From: Verrucomicrobiota bacterium
GTDB lineage: Bacteria > Verrucomicrobiota > Verrucomicrobiia > Limisphaerales > CANJSG01
Assembly (NCBI GenBank): GCA_038209745.1
Contig: JBBQXJ010000010.1
Span: forward strand, 9,209-73,208
Length of the DNA stretch: 64,000 nt
Direction: 5' to 3'
Each line of letters begins with the position of its first letter. Position 1 is the stretch's first letter. This document shows positions 51,321 to 61,729 of the stretch, piece by piece. The position numbers were made by a program, and so were the translations under genes. The notes under the pieces were generated by a model. That model made no database searches and had not been told where the DNA came from. It saw nothing but the letters and a program-made list of their open reading frames with translations.

Positions 51321-52700
51321 TCAGTGGCTAAACTCCAGTTCACTCTCCGGCAAAGGTTGGTCCTTCGTCTCGGGAGCAAACGGCAACACAGCTAGCCCCA
51401 ACAAGAAGACAACGCACATGCTCAGCCCCGCGTAGCGCAAGGGCTCCTCCGTTCCATTGAACACCCGGCTGCTGAGCAATCCCAGCGTCCAAGGGCCCGA
51501 CGCGGCGAAAAAGCGGCCGACGTTGTAGCAAAAAGACGTCCCCGTGCTCCGGAGATGCGTCGGAAACAGCTCAGGAAAGTAGATCGCGTAGCCCCCGAAG
51601 ATCCCGAACATGAAGAAGCCCATGACGGGCACCAGCACGTAGACGTGCCACGGATCCCTAAGGAACCAAAAAACTGCGGCCGTCGAAATCATGGCACCGA
51701 TGAAGGCCACTGCAAAAGCCCTCCGTCGACTTGTCCTTTGCGTAAATTTGGTGAACGCCAACATCCCGAGAAACGCCCCGATGTTCAGCATCAAGGCTGC
51801 CTTGCCCTTCCACTGCCCGGCAGCCCCCTTCAAATCGATCCCCGTCAGCCCCTCGGCTGCAAGCCGCTTTTCCATGACGGAAGCGACTAGATCAAAACTG
51901 AAGAAAACGATTCCCCACAGGGCAATCACGCCCGCACACGCGAGAACAAGTCCCACGATCGCGTTGTGCCGCCAACGGGCATCCCGGAAAAGCGCGCGAT
52001 AAGATCCTGTGTCCTTGCCCAATCCGCCGGACGCCTTCATCCGCATCCAACGCTCGGGCTCCTTCAATCGCCAACGGATCAAAAGCGCCAACATTGCCGG
52101 AATGGCGCCAATTAGGAACATGATCCGCCATTTGACCCATGATTCGGGCATTCCACCTGTCCGTTGCCAGGTGCTCAAGCCCATTTCGATCAGAGCCGCC
52201 GCCACGTTCCCCACCGCCGAAAGGGCCTGCAACAGCCCAAGCGCATACGGTCGCGCCCGGGCAGGCATAACCTCGGCCACCAGAGCCACTCCAACCGCGA
52301 ACTCCCCACCCACACCAAGGCCAGTCAAGAAACGATAGAACGAAAAATCCCAAAACCCTTTCGACAGCGAACTCAAGCCGGTGCAGAGCGAATAGATCAA
52401 AATGGTGATCATCATCGTCTTTGCCCTTCCGATCCGGTCTCCCAATACCCCAAAAATAAGCCCGCCGGTAGCCCAGCCCAGAATGAAGATCGCCGTCACG
52501 TAGCCGGCATACTCATTCACGTCCGTGCCCGCAGGCAGGAGATCCCTCATGGCCGGAATGCGAGCCATGAGAAACAACTGCTGGTCCAGACAATCGAAAA
52601 GCCACCCAAGCGCCGCGACCAAAAGAACGAACCAATGGTAGCGGGACAACCCGTGCCACCAAGGCAATCGCGGAACGAAAGAATCAGTCGAAGACTTCAT
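51321..52700 (-). CDS. MFS transporter
   Basis: LGWLFD; G.LGDRIGR motif A; GVGGEF; PELFPT..RSTG; PETK. Confidence 0.93.
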   Translation of the reverse strand: MKSSTDSFVPRLPWWHGLSRYHWFVLLVAALGWLFDCLDQQLFLMARIPAMRDLLPAGTDVNEYAGYVTAIFILGWATGGLIFGVLGDRIGRAKTMMITILIYSLCTGLSSLSKGFWDFSFYRFLTGLGVGGEFAVGVALVAEVMPARARPYALGLLQALSAVGNVAAALIEMGLSTWQRTGGMPESWVKWRIMFLIGAIPAMLALLIRWRLKEPERWMRMKASGGLGKDTGSYRALFRDARWRHNAIVGLVLACAGVIALWGIVFFSFDLVASVMEKRLAAEGLTGIDLKGAAGQWKGKAALMLNIGAFLGMLAFTKFTQRTSRRRAFAVAFIGAMISTAAVFWFLRDPWHVYVLVPVMGFFMFGIFGGYAIYFPELFPTHLRSTGTSFCYNVGRFFAASGPWTLGLLSSRVFNGTEEPLRYAGLSMCVVFLLGLAVLPFAPETKDQPLPESELEFSH

Positions 52701-52788
52701 GATACAATTTTCCAAGCGCTAACATCGACACCGCAATGGAATTCCAAAACGAGCAAGCCCACTCCAGAATGATCCGAAATCGAAACGC

Positions 52789-52816
52789 AAAAAAAGCCCG
52801 TTCCGAAGAACGGGCT
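52789..52816 (-). terminator. Intrinsic terminator of the alpha operon
   Basis: AGCCCGUUC-UUCG-GAACGGGCU followed by a U run on the minus strand. Confidence 0.92.
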
Positions 52817-52846
52817 CTTAATGAATCTAATCTTAACAAATGTAAA

Positions 52847-53329
52847 TCAGCTCTTCGCGGAGACTTTTTTCGGATCAATTTTCTCGGCGGAAGTAGAGCC
52901 GCCAGGCTGAGCGTCAATCCACTCCAATATTGCCATTGAAGCAGCATCACCCCGGCGCTGCCCAAGCTTGATAATACGAGTATAACCACCGACGCGCTCC
53001 CTGCTAAGAGGTGCGATCTCCTTGAAAAGAGTCTTCACCACGTCTTCTTGGCGCAATCGAGACGCTGCCAAGCGGCGATAGTGGATACCCTTGGCGATAA
53101 GATCGCGCTTCTTGTCGGAATCGCTGATCTGTTCCGCCGCCTCATTGGCCACCAATGACTTTTTGCCGAGCGTCAACATTTTCTCAGCGACAGACCGGGC
53201 CGCCCGTGCCTTCGCCAAGGTTGTCGTGATACGACGATGGATGATAAGACTGCAAACCATGTTGGCCAACATCGCATTACGATGGGTGCCTGTTCGGCCC
53301 AGCTTGGCCGTTCTCTTCAAGTGACGCAT
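52847..53329 (-). CDS. rplQ: 50S ribosomal protein L17
   Basis: MRHLKRTAKLGR and GGYTRIIKLG.RRGD motifs. Confidence 0.97.
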   Translation of the reverse strand: MRHLKRTAKLGRTGTHRNAMLANMVCSLIIHRRITTTLAKARAARSVAEKMLTLGKKSLVANEAAEQISDSDKKRDLIAKGIHYRRLAASRLRQEDVVKTLFKEIAPLSRERVGGYTRIIKLGQRRGDAASMAILEWIDAQPGGSTSAEKIDPKKVSAKS

Positions 53330-53341
53330 AACAATCTAAGC

Positions 53342-54352
53342 CTAATTGTTTAAATCTTCCTTCGGCGCTTCCAGCAAGGCCGGGTCGAGAGTCATACCCA
53401 AGCTCAGTCCCAAAGTGGCGAGCTTTTCCTTGATCTCATTTAGTGACTTCTTGCCGAAGTTCCGATATTTGAGCATCTCCGACTCAGTTTTCATCGCCAG
53501 CTGTCCCACGCTGGTGATGTTCGCGTTGTTGAGGCAGTTTGCGGCCCGAACACTCAACTCAATCTCATTCACGCTCATGTTGAGGAGCTTCTTGAGCTTA
53601 GACTTCTCATCATCAACCTTCGTCTCTTCCTTCTCAAACTCCACCGCATTCTTGTCATAACCGACAAATACGTCCAAATGGTGTTGCAGAATGGCAGAAG
53701 CTTGTGTCAACGCGTCGTCCGGCGTGATGCGGCCGTCAGTCCAAATCTCTACGACCAGACGGTCATAGTCGGTCCGTTGGCCAACTCGGGCGTTTTCGAC
53801 TGAGTATCGAACCCTGGTTACCGGGGAGAAAAGAGAATCGATTGCAACGACCCCAATCGGCTGATCGACCTTTTTGTTTTCGTCCCCTGGGCAAAATCCA
53901 CGTCCAATCTTCACCTCGAGCTCCATCTCGAACTTTTTCTTTTTATCGAGAGTACAGATGTGTTGTTTCGGATTGACAACCTCAATGTTTTGATTTGTCT
54001 CGATATCAGCTGCCGTAACCGCTCCATCTCGATTCACCGAAATCCTGAGCATTTGCGGTTCTCGACTGTGTGCCTTGAAGAGGACCTTCTTCAGGTTCAG
54101 CACAATCTCCGTCACGTCTTCACTGACTCCGTCTGTCGTTGTAAACTCATGCATCGCACCGTCAACTTTGATCGATGTCACTGCAGCGCCCTCAAGGGAC
54201 GAAAGAAGCACGCGCCGTAGCGAATTACCTATTGTTTGGCCGTAACCGGTTTCAAAGGGCTCAGCGAAAAACTTTGCGAACGTTTCCGTCGAAGTCGACT
54301 CTTCTTTAGTCAACCTCTTCGGCATTTCAAAACGACCTAGACGAACTGGCAT
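53342..54352 (-). CDS. rpoA: RNA polymerase alpha subunit
   Basis: GYGQTIGNSLRRVLLSS, LSVRAANCL and NFGKKSL motifs. Confidence 0.98.
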   Translation of the reverse strand: MPVRLGRFEMPKRLTKEESTSTETFAKFFAEPFETGYGQTIGNSLRRVLLSSLEGAAVTSIKVDGAMHEFTTTDGVSEDVTEIVLNLKKVLFKAHSREPQMLRISVNRDGAVTAADIETNQNIEVVNPKQHICTLDKKKKFEMELEVKIGRGFCPGDENKKVDQPIGVVAIDSLFSPVTRVRYSVENARVGQRTDYDRLVVEIWTDGRITPDDALTQASAILQHHLDVFVGYDKNAVEFEKEETKVDDEKSKLKKLLNMSVNEIELSVRAANCLNNANITSVGQLAMKTESEMLKYRNFGKKSLNEIKEKLATLGLSLGMTLDPALLEAPKEDLNN

Positions 54353-54449
54353 GTTATTCCTTTTGCAATTTTAATCTGACCCACTGACCGACCCGCAGCG
54401 GCAATGAACCCATATAATTGCTGTTCCCTTATTAGGGCTCTAAAATTTA

Positions 54450-55058
54450 CTAGCGGGAATAGAACTCGACAACCGCCTGCTCATTGGCAATCGGCTGAAT
54501 TTCCTCGCGGGTCGGAACCCGCATCACAACACCTTTGAAAATATTTTTGTCAACCGACAGCCAGTCTGGAACCACACGGCTAGTTGAGCCTTCAATCGCT
54601 TTTGTTGCCAATTGTTTTGAAACCGTCGATTCCTTGACTTCGATCACGTCGCCAACCTTCAGCGCGTAGGATGATATATCAACCTTCCGGCCGTTTACTT
54701 TGACATGCCCGTGACCAACCATTTGCCTTGCTTGGGCACGGGTCGTGGCGAAACCAATCTGGAACACCACGTTGTCCAATCGTGTCTCAAGAATCTGAAG
54801 CATCTGCTCTCCAGTCACGCCACGACGTCGAACCGCCTTCTCATAGACTCCACGGAACTGTTTCTCCATCAGCCCATAATAATGCCGAAGCTTCTGCTTC
54901 TCCATAAGCGCCAGGGCGAATTCCGTCGTCTTGCGACGGGACTTCTGCCCGTGGACTCCTGGAGCGTAGTTCCGGCGGTCAAGGTATTTTGACGGACCGA
55001 AGATTGGAACACCGAAGCGGCGACTTATGCGCGTGCGGGGACCTGTATAGCGTGCCAT
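54450..55058 (-). CDS. rpsD: 30S ribosomal protein S4
   Basis: MARYTGP, EKQKLR and LETRLDNVV motifs. Confidence 0.98.
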   Translation of the reverse strand: MARYTGPRTRISRRFGVPIFGPSKYLDRRNYAPGVHGQKSRRKTTEFALALMEKQKLRHYYGLMEKQFRGVYEKAVRRRGVTGEQMLQILETRLDNVVFQIGFATTRAQARQMVGHGHVKVNGRKVDISSYALKVGDVIEVKESTVSKQLATKAIEGSTSRVVPDWLSVDKNIFKGVVMRVPTREEIQPIANEQAVVEFYSR

Positions 55059-55089
55059 TTTCCGAATTAAAAGTTAAGGTTTCTAAGAC

Positions 55090-55620
55090 TTACACCCGAC
55101 GCTTCTTTCGGGGTCTGCAGCCATTGTGTGGAACCGGTGTAACATCCTTGATCGTGGTGATCTCCAGTCCAATCGCTTGAAGCGCTCGTATCGCCGACTC
55201 CCTACCGGACCCAGGGCCTTTGACCCGAACCTCGATCTCTCGTAAGCCATGAGACATTGCTTGCCGTGCGGCGTCCTGAGCGACTTGTTGGGCCGCAAAA
55301 GCTGTGCTCTTGCGAGAACCTTTAAAACCAACCCGCCCCGCCGTTGACCACCCCAGGGTATTGCCCTGCATGTCTGTAATATTAACGGTTGTGTTGTTAA
55401 AGGTTGCTAGAATGTTAGCGACCCCAACCGCGATGTTTTTCGAACCCTTTGCCTTGACTATCTTTTTGGAATTCGGATCGTCGGCAAGCAGTTCGGCAGC
55501 GCTAGGAGCGGAGCCAGCAACTGGCCCCGTCGCACCCACAGGAGCCTCAACAACCTTAATAGCCGATTTCGGATCCCTCTTTTGAGCTGGGACCTTTTTG
55601 GTCTTTGTCTCTTCTGCCAT
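55090..55620 (-). CDS. rpsK: 30S ribosomal protein S11 (N-terminally extended)
   Basis: [15 protein letters not shown] and [12 protein letters not shown] motifs. Confidence 0.98.
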   Translation of the reverse strand: MAEETKTKKVPAQKRDPKSAIKVVEAPVGATGPVAGSAPSAAELLADDPNSKKIVKAKGSKNIAVGVANILATFNNTTVNITDMQGNTLGWSTAGRVGFKGSRKSTAFAAQQVAQDAARQAMSHGLREIEVRVKGPGSGRESAIRALQAIGLEITTIKDVTPVPHNGCRPRKKRRV

Positions 55621-55644
55621 AGGTTAACAAATTCAGGATTAAAA

Positions 55645-56022
55645 CTACTTTGCAGCCTTCTGGGCACCGACCGTTCTGCGAGGACCCTTACGGGTTCTCG
55701 CATTGGTTTGGGTGCGTTGCCCACGAACAGGCATTCCGCGAAGATGACGAACCCCTCGATAGCACTTGATCCCCTGCAGGCGCTTTAGATTCATCCCAAT
55801 TTCGCGGCGTAAGTCACCCTCAATAACATACCCGCCCTCTTGGATTGCATGAACTATCTTTGAAAGCTGCTGCTCCGAGAGCTCTCTAGCCCGCACTCCG
55901 TGCTCGATCTGGGCCTTGTCCAAAATATTCCGGGCATTAACCGGACCAATTCCGTAGACATAGCGCAGAGCAATATCAATTCGCTTTTCGCCGGGGATTT
56001 CTACACCAATGATGCGTGCCAT
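55645..56022 (-). CDS. rpsM: 30S ribosomal protein S13
   Basis: PVRGQRTQTNARTRKG motif. Confidence 0.98.
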   Translation of the reverse strand: MARIIGVEIPGEKRIDIALRYVYGIGPVNARNILDKAQIEHGVRARELSEQQLSKIVHAIQEGGYVIEGDLRREIGMNLKRLQGIKCYRGVRHLRGMPVRGQRTQTNARTRKGPRRTVGAQKAAK

Positions 56023-56033
56023 AACGTAAATTT

Positions 56034-56150
56034 TTAGCCCTGTCGCTGCTTATGACGTGCGTTTGTTGAACAAATGACCCGTATTACGCCCTTGCGTCGG
56101 ATAATTTTACAATTTTCACACAACTTTTTAACTGACGCACGAACCTTCAT
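56034..56150 (-). CDS. rpmJ: 50S ribosomal protein L36 (Zn-ribbon type)
   Basis: Hand-translated [38 protein letters not shown]; too short for the ORF track. Confidence 0.97.
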   Translation of the reverse strand: MKVRASVKKLCENCKIIRRKGVIRVICSTNARHKQRQG

Positions 56151-56232
56151 AAAATCTTTATCCAACTGGGGATCGCTTATCTGCCCCAAGAGCCTAAATT
56201 TTAAAATTAATTACGGGTTGTTTGACTACAAC

Positions 56233-56997
56233 TTATCCACTCTGGCCTGATCGCTGAAGCGTAAGGATTTCAGGAACTGTTTCGGTGATCAAGACAGTAT
56301 GTTCAAAATGGGATGAAAGAGAACCATCTTGCGTCACTACTGTCCAGCCATCTTTCAATATTTTCACTTCGGCCCGTCCAGCATTAACCATCGGCTCAAT
56401 AGCCAAAGTCATTCCAACCTTAAGGCGATCCGAACGTCCAGCTGCCACGAAATTTGGCACTTGAGGATCCTCATGCACTGATCGACCCACGCCGTGGCCA
56501 ACAAATTCTCTAACCACTGAATACCCATTGCTTTCCACTCGGCTCTGTATCGCCCGAGATATGTCAAGTATTCGATTCCCGATGACCGCTTTCGCAATTC
56601 CATCAGAAAGCGCCTGTTCGGTGACATCAATTAACCTCTGCGCCTCTGGACTGCATCCACCAACGACAAAAGTCGCAGCGGTGTCGCCTACAAATCCATT
56701 TAGAATGACCCCACAATCAACACTGACGATATCACCAAAATTAATACTCCGATTACGCCCAATCCCATGAACAACTTCATCATTTACCGATATGCACACA
56801 TTTCCTGGAAAGTTCCGATATCCAAGAAATGCACTTTTCCCAAAGTGGCGCCCGATAGTCTCCGCAGCAAATCGGTCAATCTCACTTGTGAAGAGCCCTG
56901 GCTTCAAAAACCTACCGACTTCATACAGAACAACCGCCGCAACTCGGCAGGCGGGGCGCATAGCCTTGAGTTCATTTTCGGTTTTGAGGTGAATCAT
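56233..56997 (-). CDS. map: Methionine aminopeptidase type I
   Basis: CISVNDEVVHG, GHGVG..HEDP, AIEPM and HFEHTV motifs. Confidence 0.97.
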   Translation of the reverse strand: MIHLKTENELKAMRPACRVAAVVLYEVGRFLKPGLFTSEIDRFAAETIGRHFGKSAFLGYRNFPGNVCISVNDEVVHGIGRNRSINFGDIVSVDCGVILNGFVGDTAATFVVGGCSPEAQRLIDVTEQALSDGIAKAVIGNRILDISRAIQSRVESNGYSVVREFVGHGVGRSVHEDPQVPNFVAAGRSDRLKVGMTLAIEPMVNAGRAEVKILKDGWTVVTQDGSLSSHFEHTVLITETVPEILTLQRSGQSG

Positions 56998-57015
56998 CTT
57001 ACTGCTTGGGCCAAC

Positions 57016-58422
57016 TCAGAACCGCCCCTTCAGTCGCCCTTTCTTCAGAAACCCATCGTAATGGCGCATCAATAAATAGCTCTCCATCTGGCGCATCGTA
57101 TCCAAAATGACCCCGACGGTGATAAGCATGCTTGTTCCTCCAAAAAACTGTCCAACTAAAGGATCAATGTTGAAGACGCTCGCCAGTATTATCGGAATCA
57201 CTGCGATCACGGCAAGAAATATCGCCCCCGCTAGCGTGATTCGCGACATTGTCCCGTGAAGAAAATCGCTGGTTGCTGCCCCGGGGCGAATACCAGGTAT
57301 GTAGCCGCCAGATTTCTTCATATCATCGGCGATCTGCAACTCATTAAATTGGGTTGCCACCCAAAAGTAGGAAAAGAAGAGGATCATAAGCGCAAGAAGC
57401 ACTATATATCCGATCGTTCCAAACATAATTGAATTCGCCACAACGGTAATCCATCGGTGGATTTCCGGCTGTTCTACCTTACCAGCAATACCTCTCAGTA
57501 TCTGTTCGGGAAACATCAAAATCGCATTTGCAAAAATGACCGGCATGACGCCAGCATAATTGACGCGTAGCGGCATAAAAGAGCTACCCCCCGAAATAAT
57601 CTTTCTGCCAATTGCTCTTTGAGCATATTGAACAGGAATTTTGCGCTGTCCTTGCGTGACGGCCACGACGCCCGCAATCACCGCAATCAGTAAGAGAATT
57701 AGAGCTATCGGGACAAACGGATTAAAATGAATTTCAGACCCGGCTGGTGGAACAATCAGCTTTAACATTCCAAGGAGAGCTTTAGGCATCGCTGACAAAA
57801 TGCTGATCGTGATGATGAGCGAAACGCCATTCCCCACTCCCCTGTCCGTAACCTGTTCACCCAGCCACATCAACAACACCGTCCCTCCCCCGAGGACAAG
57901 CATTGTTTGTAAACGATACCACCAGATATGTTCCTTCATTGCTCCGACCAAAAGATCCCCTGCAAAATTTCCAAAACCTGGAAGGTTGCTCGGATTTTCC
58001 CAGCTTAGAGCCATGAAAAAGCCCTGCCCCAATGCAAGAATTACAGCAAGATATCGGCCGTACTGGATAAATTTCGTCCTTCCACCTTCCTCTCTGACCA
58101 TTTTACTCAGTCGGGGCACTACTGCGCTCAACAGCTGAAGGACGATAGTTGCGCTTATGTAGGGCATGATACCCAAGGCACCGATCGCACATCGCCCGAA
58201 TCCCCCGCCAGTAAACAGGCTATAGAGACCTACCAGCCCGCCTTGCCCTTGAGCTGAATTTTGTTCAAGAAACAACTGCAATGCCCGACTGTCAAGACCC
58301 GGAACTGGCGCCAGCGAAGCCAATCGTGCAATTCCTAGCACGATAAGAGTAAAGACTATCCGGCTTTTCAGCTCGGGTATCTTGAAACAATTGACGAAGG
58401 TTTTGGAGATTTCAGCGAACAT
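57016..58422 (-). CDS. secY: Preprotein translocase SecY
   Basis: LGIMPYISATI, WLGEQ..G.GNGVS, IPGIRPG and FGGTS motifs. Confidence 0.98.
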   Translation of the reverse strand: MFAEISKTFVNCFKIPELKSRIVFTLIVLGIARLASLAPVPGLDSRALQLFLEQNSAQGQGGLVGLYSLFTGGGFGRCAIGALGIMPYISATIVLQLLSAVVPRLSKMVREEGGRTKFIQYGRYLAVILALGQGFFMALSWENPSNLPGFGNFAGDLLVGAMKEHIWWYRLQTMLVLGGGTVLLMWLGEQVTDRGVGNGVSLIITISILSAMPKALLGMLKLIVPPAGSEIHFNPFVPIALILLLIAVIAGVVAVTQGQRKIPVQYAQRAIGRKIISGGSSFMPLRVNYAGVMPVIFANAILMFPEQILRGIAGKVEQPEIHRWITVVANSIMFGTIGYIVLLALMILFFSYFWVATQFNELQIADDMKKSGGYIPGIRPGAATSDFLHGTMSRITLAGAIFLAVIAVIPIILASVFNIDPLVGQFFGGTSMLITVGVILDTMRQMESYLLMRHYDGFLKKGRLKGRF

Positions 58423-58438
58423 GAGCGAAACAGGACGA

Positions 58439-58912
58439 TCAAACCGCTAACGCATCGACAGATCGGCTTTGAATAAGGATGCATGTTCCGCCCGCCTTCT
58501 CGATCTTTGCTCGCGCCTCGACACTGAATCTGTGTGCTGAAACAATCAGCTTCTTGGTCAGCGCGCCATCGCCGAGTATTTTCACACGTTTTACGGGACC
58601 CGTTGCAAGACCGATTGATCGCAGAACCTCCCAGTCAACAACGGCTCCATCATCGAAAATTTCCAATGATTCCACATTGACAGGTGAATAGCGAATCGTG
58701 TGACGAGCATTGTTAAATCCCCGTTTCGGAATCCTCCGGAACAGTGGCATTTGGCCACCCTCAAACCCGATTCGGCGGGAGCCACCCGAACGAGCGCTTT
58801 GGCCCTTACCGCCACGCCCAGACGTCTTGCCGTGACCGCTGGATTCTCCAGAGCCTAGCCGCTTGCGACGATGCTTAGCCCCTGGATTTGGTTTTAAATC
58901 ATGTAGGCGCAT
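58439..58912 (-). CDS. rplO: 50S ribosomal protein L15
   Basis: GKTSGRGGKGQ and GFEGGQMPL motifs. Confidence 0.98.
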   Translation of the reverse strand: MRLHDLKPNPGAKHRRKRLGSGESSGHGKTSGRGGKGQSARSGGSRRIGFEGGQMPLFRRIPKRGFNNARHTIRYSPVNVESLEIFDDGAVVDWEVLRSIGLATGPVKRVKILGDGALTKKLIVSAHRFSVEARAKIEKAGGTCILIQSRSVDALAV

Positions 58913-58918
58913 AAAAAT

Positions 58919-59554
58919 TTAATTGATGACGGCATCGACCTTCTTAATCTCCAATCCGCGACTACGATAGATTTCTTCCCGAAGTCTAAGGTTCTGGAGC
59001 GCGGCCAATGTGGCCTTGACGACATTAGCGGGGTTGCTTGAACCAAGCGATTTACTAAGGATATTTTTAATCCCGGCTGACTCAAGGACTGACCGAACTG
59101 TCTTTCCTGCAATAATTCCTGTTCCTGGCGAAGCAGGCTTCAAGAGAATCCGTGCCCCACCAAAAGCTGAAAAAACTTCGTGGGGGATTGTCCCCTCCTT
59201 CAAAGAGATCGACAAAAGTTTCGCCCTGGCAACCTCACCACCTTTTCGGATTGCATCCGAAACTTCGCGGCCCTTGCCAAGGCCAACTCCAACTTTTCCC
59301 TTTTTGTCACCAACGACCACAAGTGCAGAGAAGCTGAATCTACGTCCGCCCTTAACTACCTTGGCTGAGCGATTAATGAAAACAACCTTCTCGCTAAGCT
59401 CTTTTCCGTCTCCATCACCGCCACCGTCCCGATTGTTGCGGCCCCGTCTTGGCTGTCGCCCAAAACCACGCGGTCCGCTAAATGCGCCTGAACCTTGGGC
59501 CGGAGTTGAGGTATTGTCTGATTTTGGTTGTTCTGACACAGTGTTGTTCTCCAA
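58919..59554 (-). CDS. rpsE: 30S ribosomal protein S5
   Basis: [22 protein letters not shown] start uncertain. Confidence 0.96.
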   Translation of the reverse strand: MENNTVSEQPKSDNTSTPAQGSGAFSGPRGFGRQPRRGRNNRDGGGDGDGKELSEKVVFINRSAKVVKGGRRFSFSALVVVGDKKGKVGVGLGKGREVSDAIRKGGEVARAKLLSISLKEGTIPHEVFSAFGGARILLKPASPGTGIIAGKTVRSVLESAGIKNILSKSLGSSNPANVVKATLAALQNLRLREEIYRSRGLEIKKVDAVIN

Positions 59555-59560
59555 CTTGGG

Positions 59561-59926
59561 TTAAAACAAAAGACCACCGGCACGCGCTGCGTCGGCCAAG
59601 GCCTTCACTTTACCGTGATAACGTGAACTACCTCGGTCGAAGATTACCGCTTTGATCCCCATTGCAGTTGCCGCCTTTGCCGCAATGCCACCGACCAGGA
59701 CTGCGGTTGCTATATTTGCACCAACGCTGTAACCAGCCGGCAGGATATCCGATGTTGTGCACGTTGCGGCCAAAGTACGCCCGCAACTATCGTCCACAAA
59801 TTGCACATGGATGTGCTGGTTTGTGAAACAAACGCTCATTCGCGGCCGCTGCGCTGAACCCGACACCTTGGACCTCACCCGCCAACGCCGTCGGATTGCA
59901 AGTTCTTGTTTCTTTTCGATTCTCAT
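59561..59926 (-). CDS. rplR: 50S ribosomal protein L18
   Basis: RPRMSV and [20 protein letters not shown] motifs. Confidence 0.96.
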   Translation of the reverse strand: MRIEKKQELAIRRRWRVRSKVSGSAQRPRMSVCFTNQHIHVQFVDDSCGRTLAATCTTSDILPAGYSVGANIATAVLVGGIAAKAATAMGIKAVIFDRGSSRYHGKVKALADAARAGGLLF

Positions 59927-59963
59927 GTTCAACAAGGCCACGGAATATCCGCAACCGGAAAAA

Positions 59964-60500
59964 TTACTGGACCGTCTTGCCTTCTTTGCGAACGACCCGC
60001 TCGTCATGATATTTGACGCCCTTACCTTTGTAAGGTTCCGGAGGATAGTAGCTCCGAATTTCAGATGCCACCAGACCGACTACTTGCCGATCAGGCCCTT
60101 CCACCAAAATTTTCGTCCCCTCTTCGATGGTAACCTTAATCTGTTCTGGAATCAAATAGTTGATCGGATGCGAATATCCAAGGTTCAACGTTACTGTCTT
60201 ACCAGAAACAGAAGCCTTAAATCCAACTCCGTTGATCTCCAATCGTTTCGTAAAGCCTACGGTGACCCCCACCACCATGTTGTTGATCAATGCGCGACTG
60301 AGTCCGTGCATGGCACGAGCCTCAGAATCATCATTCGACCGGGACACAACAATCTCGTTCCCTTGCATCTTCGCTACAGTCAGTCGCGGAAGCTCAATAC
60401 TAAGTTTTCCTTTGGGCCCTTCGACGTCTATGCGGCGTCCTTTAAGCTCAACTTTGACCTTAGCCGGGATCAATACCGGAAGTTTGCCAATACGTGACAT
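59964..60500 (-). CDS. rplF: 50S ribosomal protein L6
   Basis: MSRIGK and PEPYKGKG motifs. Confidence 0.98.
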   Translation of the reverse strand: MSRIGKLPVLIPAKVKVELKGRRIDVEGPKGKLSIELPRLTVAKMQGNEIVVSRSNDDSEARAMHGLSRALINNMVVGVTVGFTKRLEINGVGFKASVSGKTVTLNLGYSHPINYLIPEQIKVTIEEGTKILVEGPDRQVVGLVASEIRSYYPPEPYKGKGVKYHDERVVRKEGKTVQ

Positions 60501-60515
60501 AATTGTTATCTAAAC

Positions 60516-60905
60516 CTACCAAATGAAGCAAAGAACCTCACCACCGATTCTAGAACTGCGAGCCTGTCGCCCGGACATAATTCCTTGTGAAGTTGAAATG
60601 ATCGCCACCCCTAGGCCGCCGCGCACCCTAGGTAGTGCGGATGCACCGGCATAGGTTCTAAGGCCCGGGCTGCTAATCCTACGCAGGCCCTCGATGACCG
60701 GCCGCCTTCCCTCGTATTTCAAACCAAGACTAATTGTCTTAATTGTTTCGCCTGAGACAGAAAAGTCGGAAATATATCCCTCTTTCCTCAATATGTGAGC
60801 GATTCCTTCCTTAACTTTGGAATGGGGCATCTCCACGGCTGTTAGATTTGCACGCCCGCCGTTGCGGATACGCGTCAGCATGTCTGAAATCGGATCGCTA
60901 TTCAT
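60516..60905 (-). CDS. rpsH: 30S ribosomal protein S8
   Basis: DPISDMLTRIRN and STSQG motifs. Confidence 0.98.
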   Translation of the reverse strand: MNSDPISDMLTRIRNGGRANLTAVEMPHSKVKEGIAHILRKEGYISDFSVSGETIKTISLGLKYEGRRPVIEGLRRISSPGLRTYAGASALPRVRGGLGVAIISTSQGIMSGRQARSSRIGGEVLCFIW

Positions 60906-60908
60906 ATC

Positions 60909-61178
60909 TTACCAACTAGCTTTTGTTACTCCAGGAATAAGTCCATTGAGAGCAAGTTCTCGGAAGGTCAAGCGGGAAGATTTAAACTTCCGCATATATC
61001 CGTGTCTCCGCCCCGACATTTCGCAGCGGTTTACAATTCGACTAGGACTAGCATTTCGAGGAAGTTTTGATAGCCCAGAATAATCTCCCTTTGCCTTTAA
61101 TTCAGCCCGGATGACGGCAAATTTTTTAACAACAGCCGCTTTTTTCTTATTCCGCTCGATCCAAGATTTCTTAGCCAT
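60909..61178 (-). CDS. rpsN: 30S ribosomal protein S14 (89-aa, zinc-independent type)
   Basis: LPRNASP..NRC..SGR and PGVTKASW motifs; only one Cys. Confidence 0.97.
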   Translation of the reverse strand: MAKKSWIERNKKKAAVVKKFAVIRAELKAKGDYSGLSKLPRNASPSRIVNRCEMSGRRHGYMRKFKSSRLTFRELALNGLIPGVTKASW

Positions 61179-61186
61179 AAAATTTC

Positions 61187-61729
61187 TTATCTTTCAGCGA
61201 ATGGCATTCCAAGCAACTTGAGAAGATCGAAGGCCTCACTATTGGTTGGCGCGGAGGTCACGATAGTTATGTCCATTCCCTGATTCCGTTTGATCTTATC
61301 CAGTTCAATTTCGGGAAATATGCTTTGGTCAGGAAGCCCTACCGAATAATTTCCACGCCCGTCGAACTTCTTTGGCGATGTTCCCCTAAAATCCCTGATC
61401 CTTGGCAGAGTAACTGCCACTAGACGATCAAAGAACTCGTACATAGTATCCCGCCTCAACGTGACTCTGCAACCAATGGACTGTCCTTCGCGAAGCTTAA
61501 AGTTAGCCACGCTTTTCCGGGCCTTGCTAATAACAGGTTTTCTTCCTGTAATAACTGTCAAATCTTTAATCGCTTCATCCATCGCACTCTTTTCGTTCGA
61601 AGCGCTAATCCCCATGTTGACCACAATCTTCTCGATTCTTGGGACTTGGTGGTCGTTAAAATACTTATGCTTTTCCTTCAAGGCAGGCACGACCTCCTCG
61701 AGGTATTTTTTGTAGATGCGCGAATTCAT
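61187..61729 (-). CDS. rplE: 50S ribosomal protein L5
   Basis: LPRIRDFRG and FDGRGNY motifs. Confidence 0.98.
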   Translation of the reverse strand: MNSRIYKKYLEEVVPALKEKHKYFNDHQVPRIEKIVVNMGISASNEKSAMDEAIKDLTVITGRKPVISKARKSVANFKLREGQSIGCRVTLRRDTMYEFFDRLVAVTLPRIRDFRGTSPKKFDGRGNYSVGLPDQSIFPEIELDKIKRNQGMDITIVTSAPTNSEAFDLLKLLGMPFAER

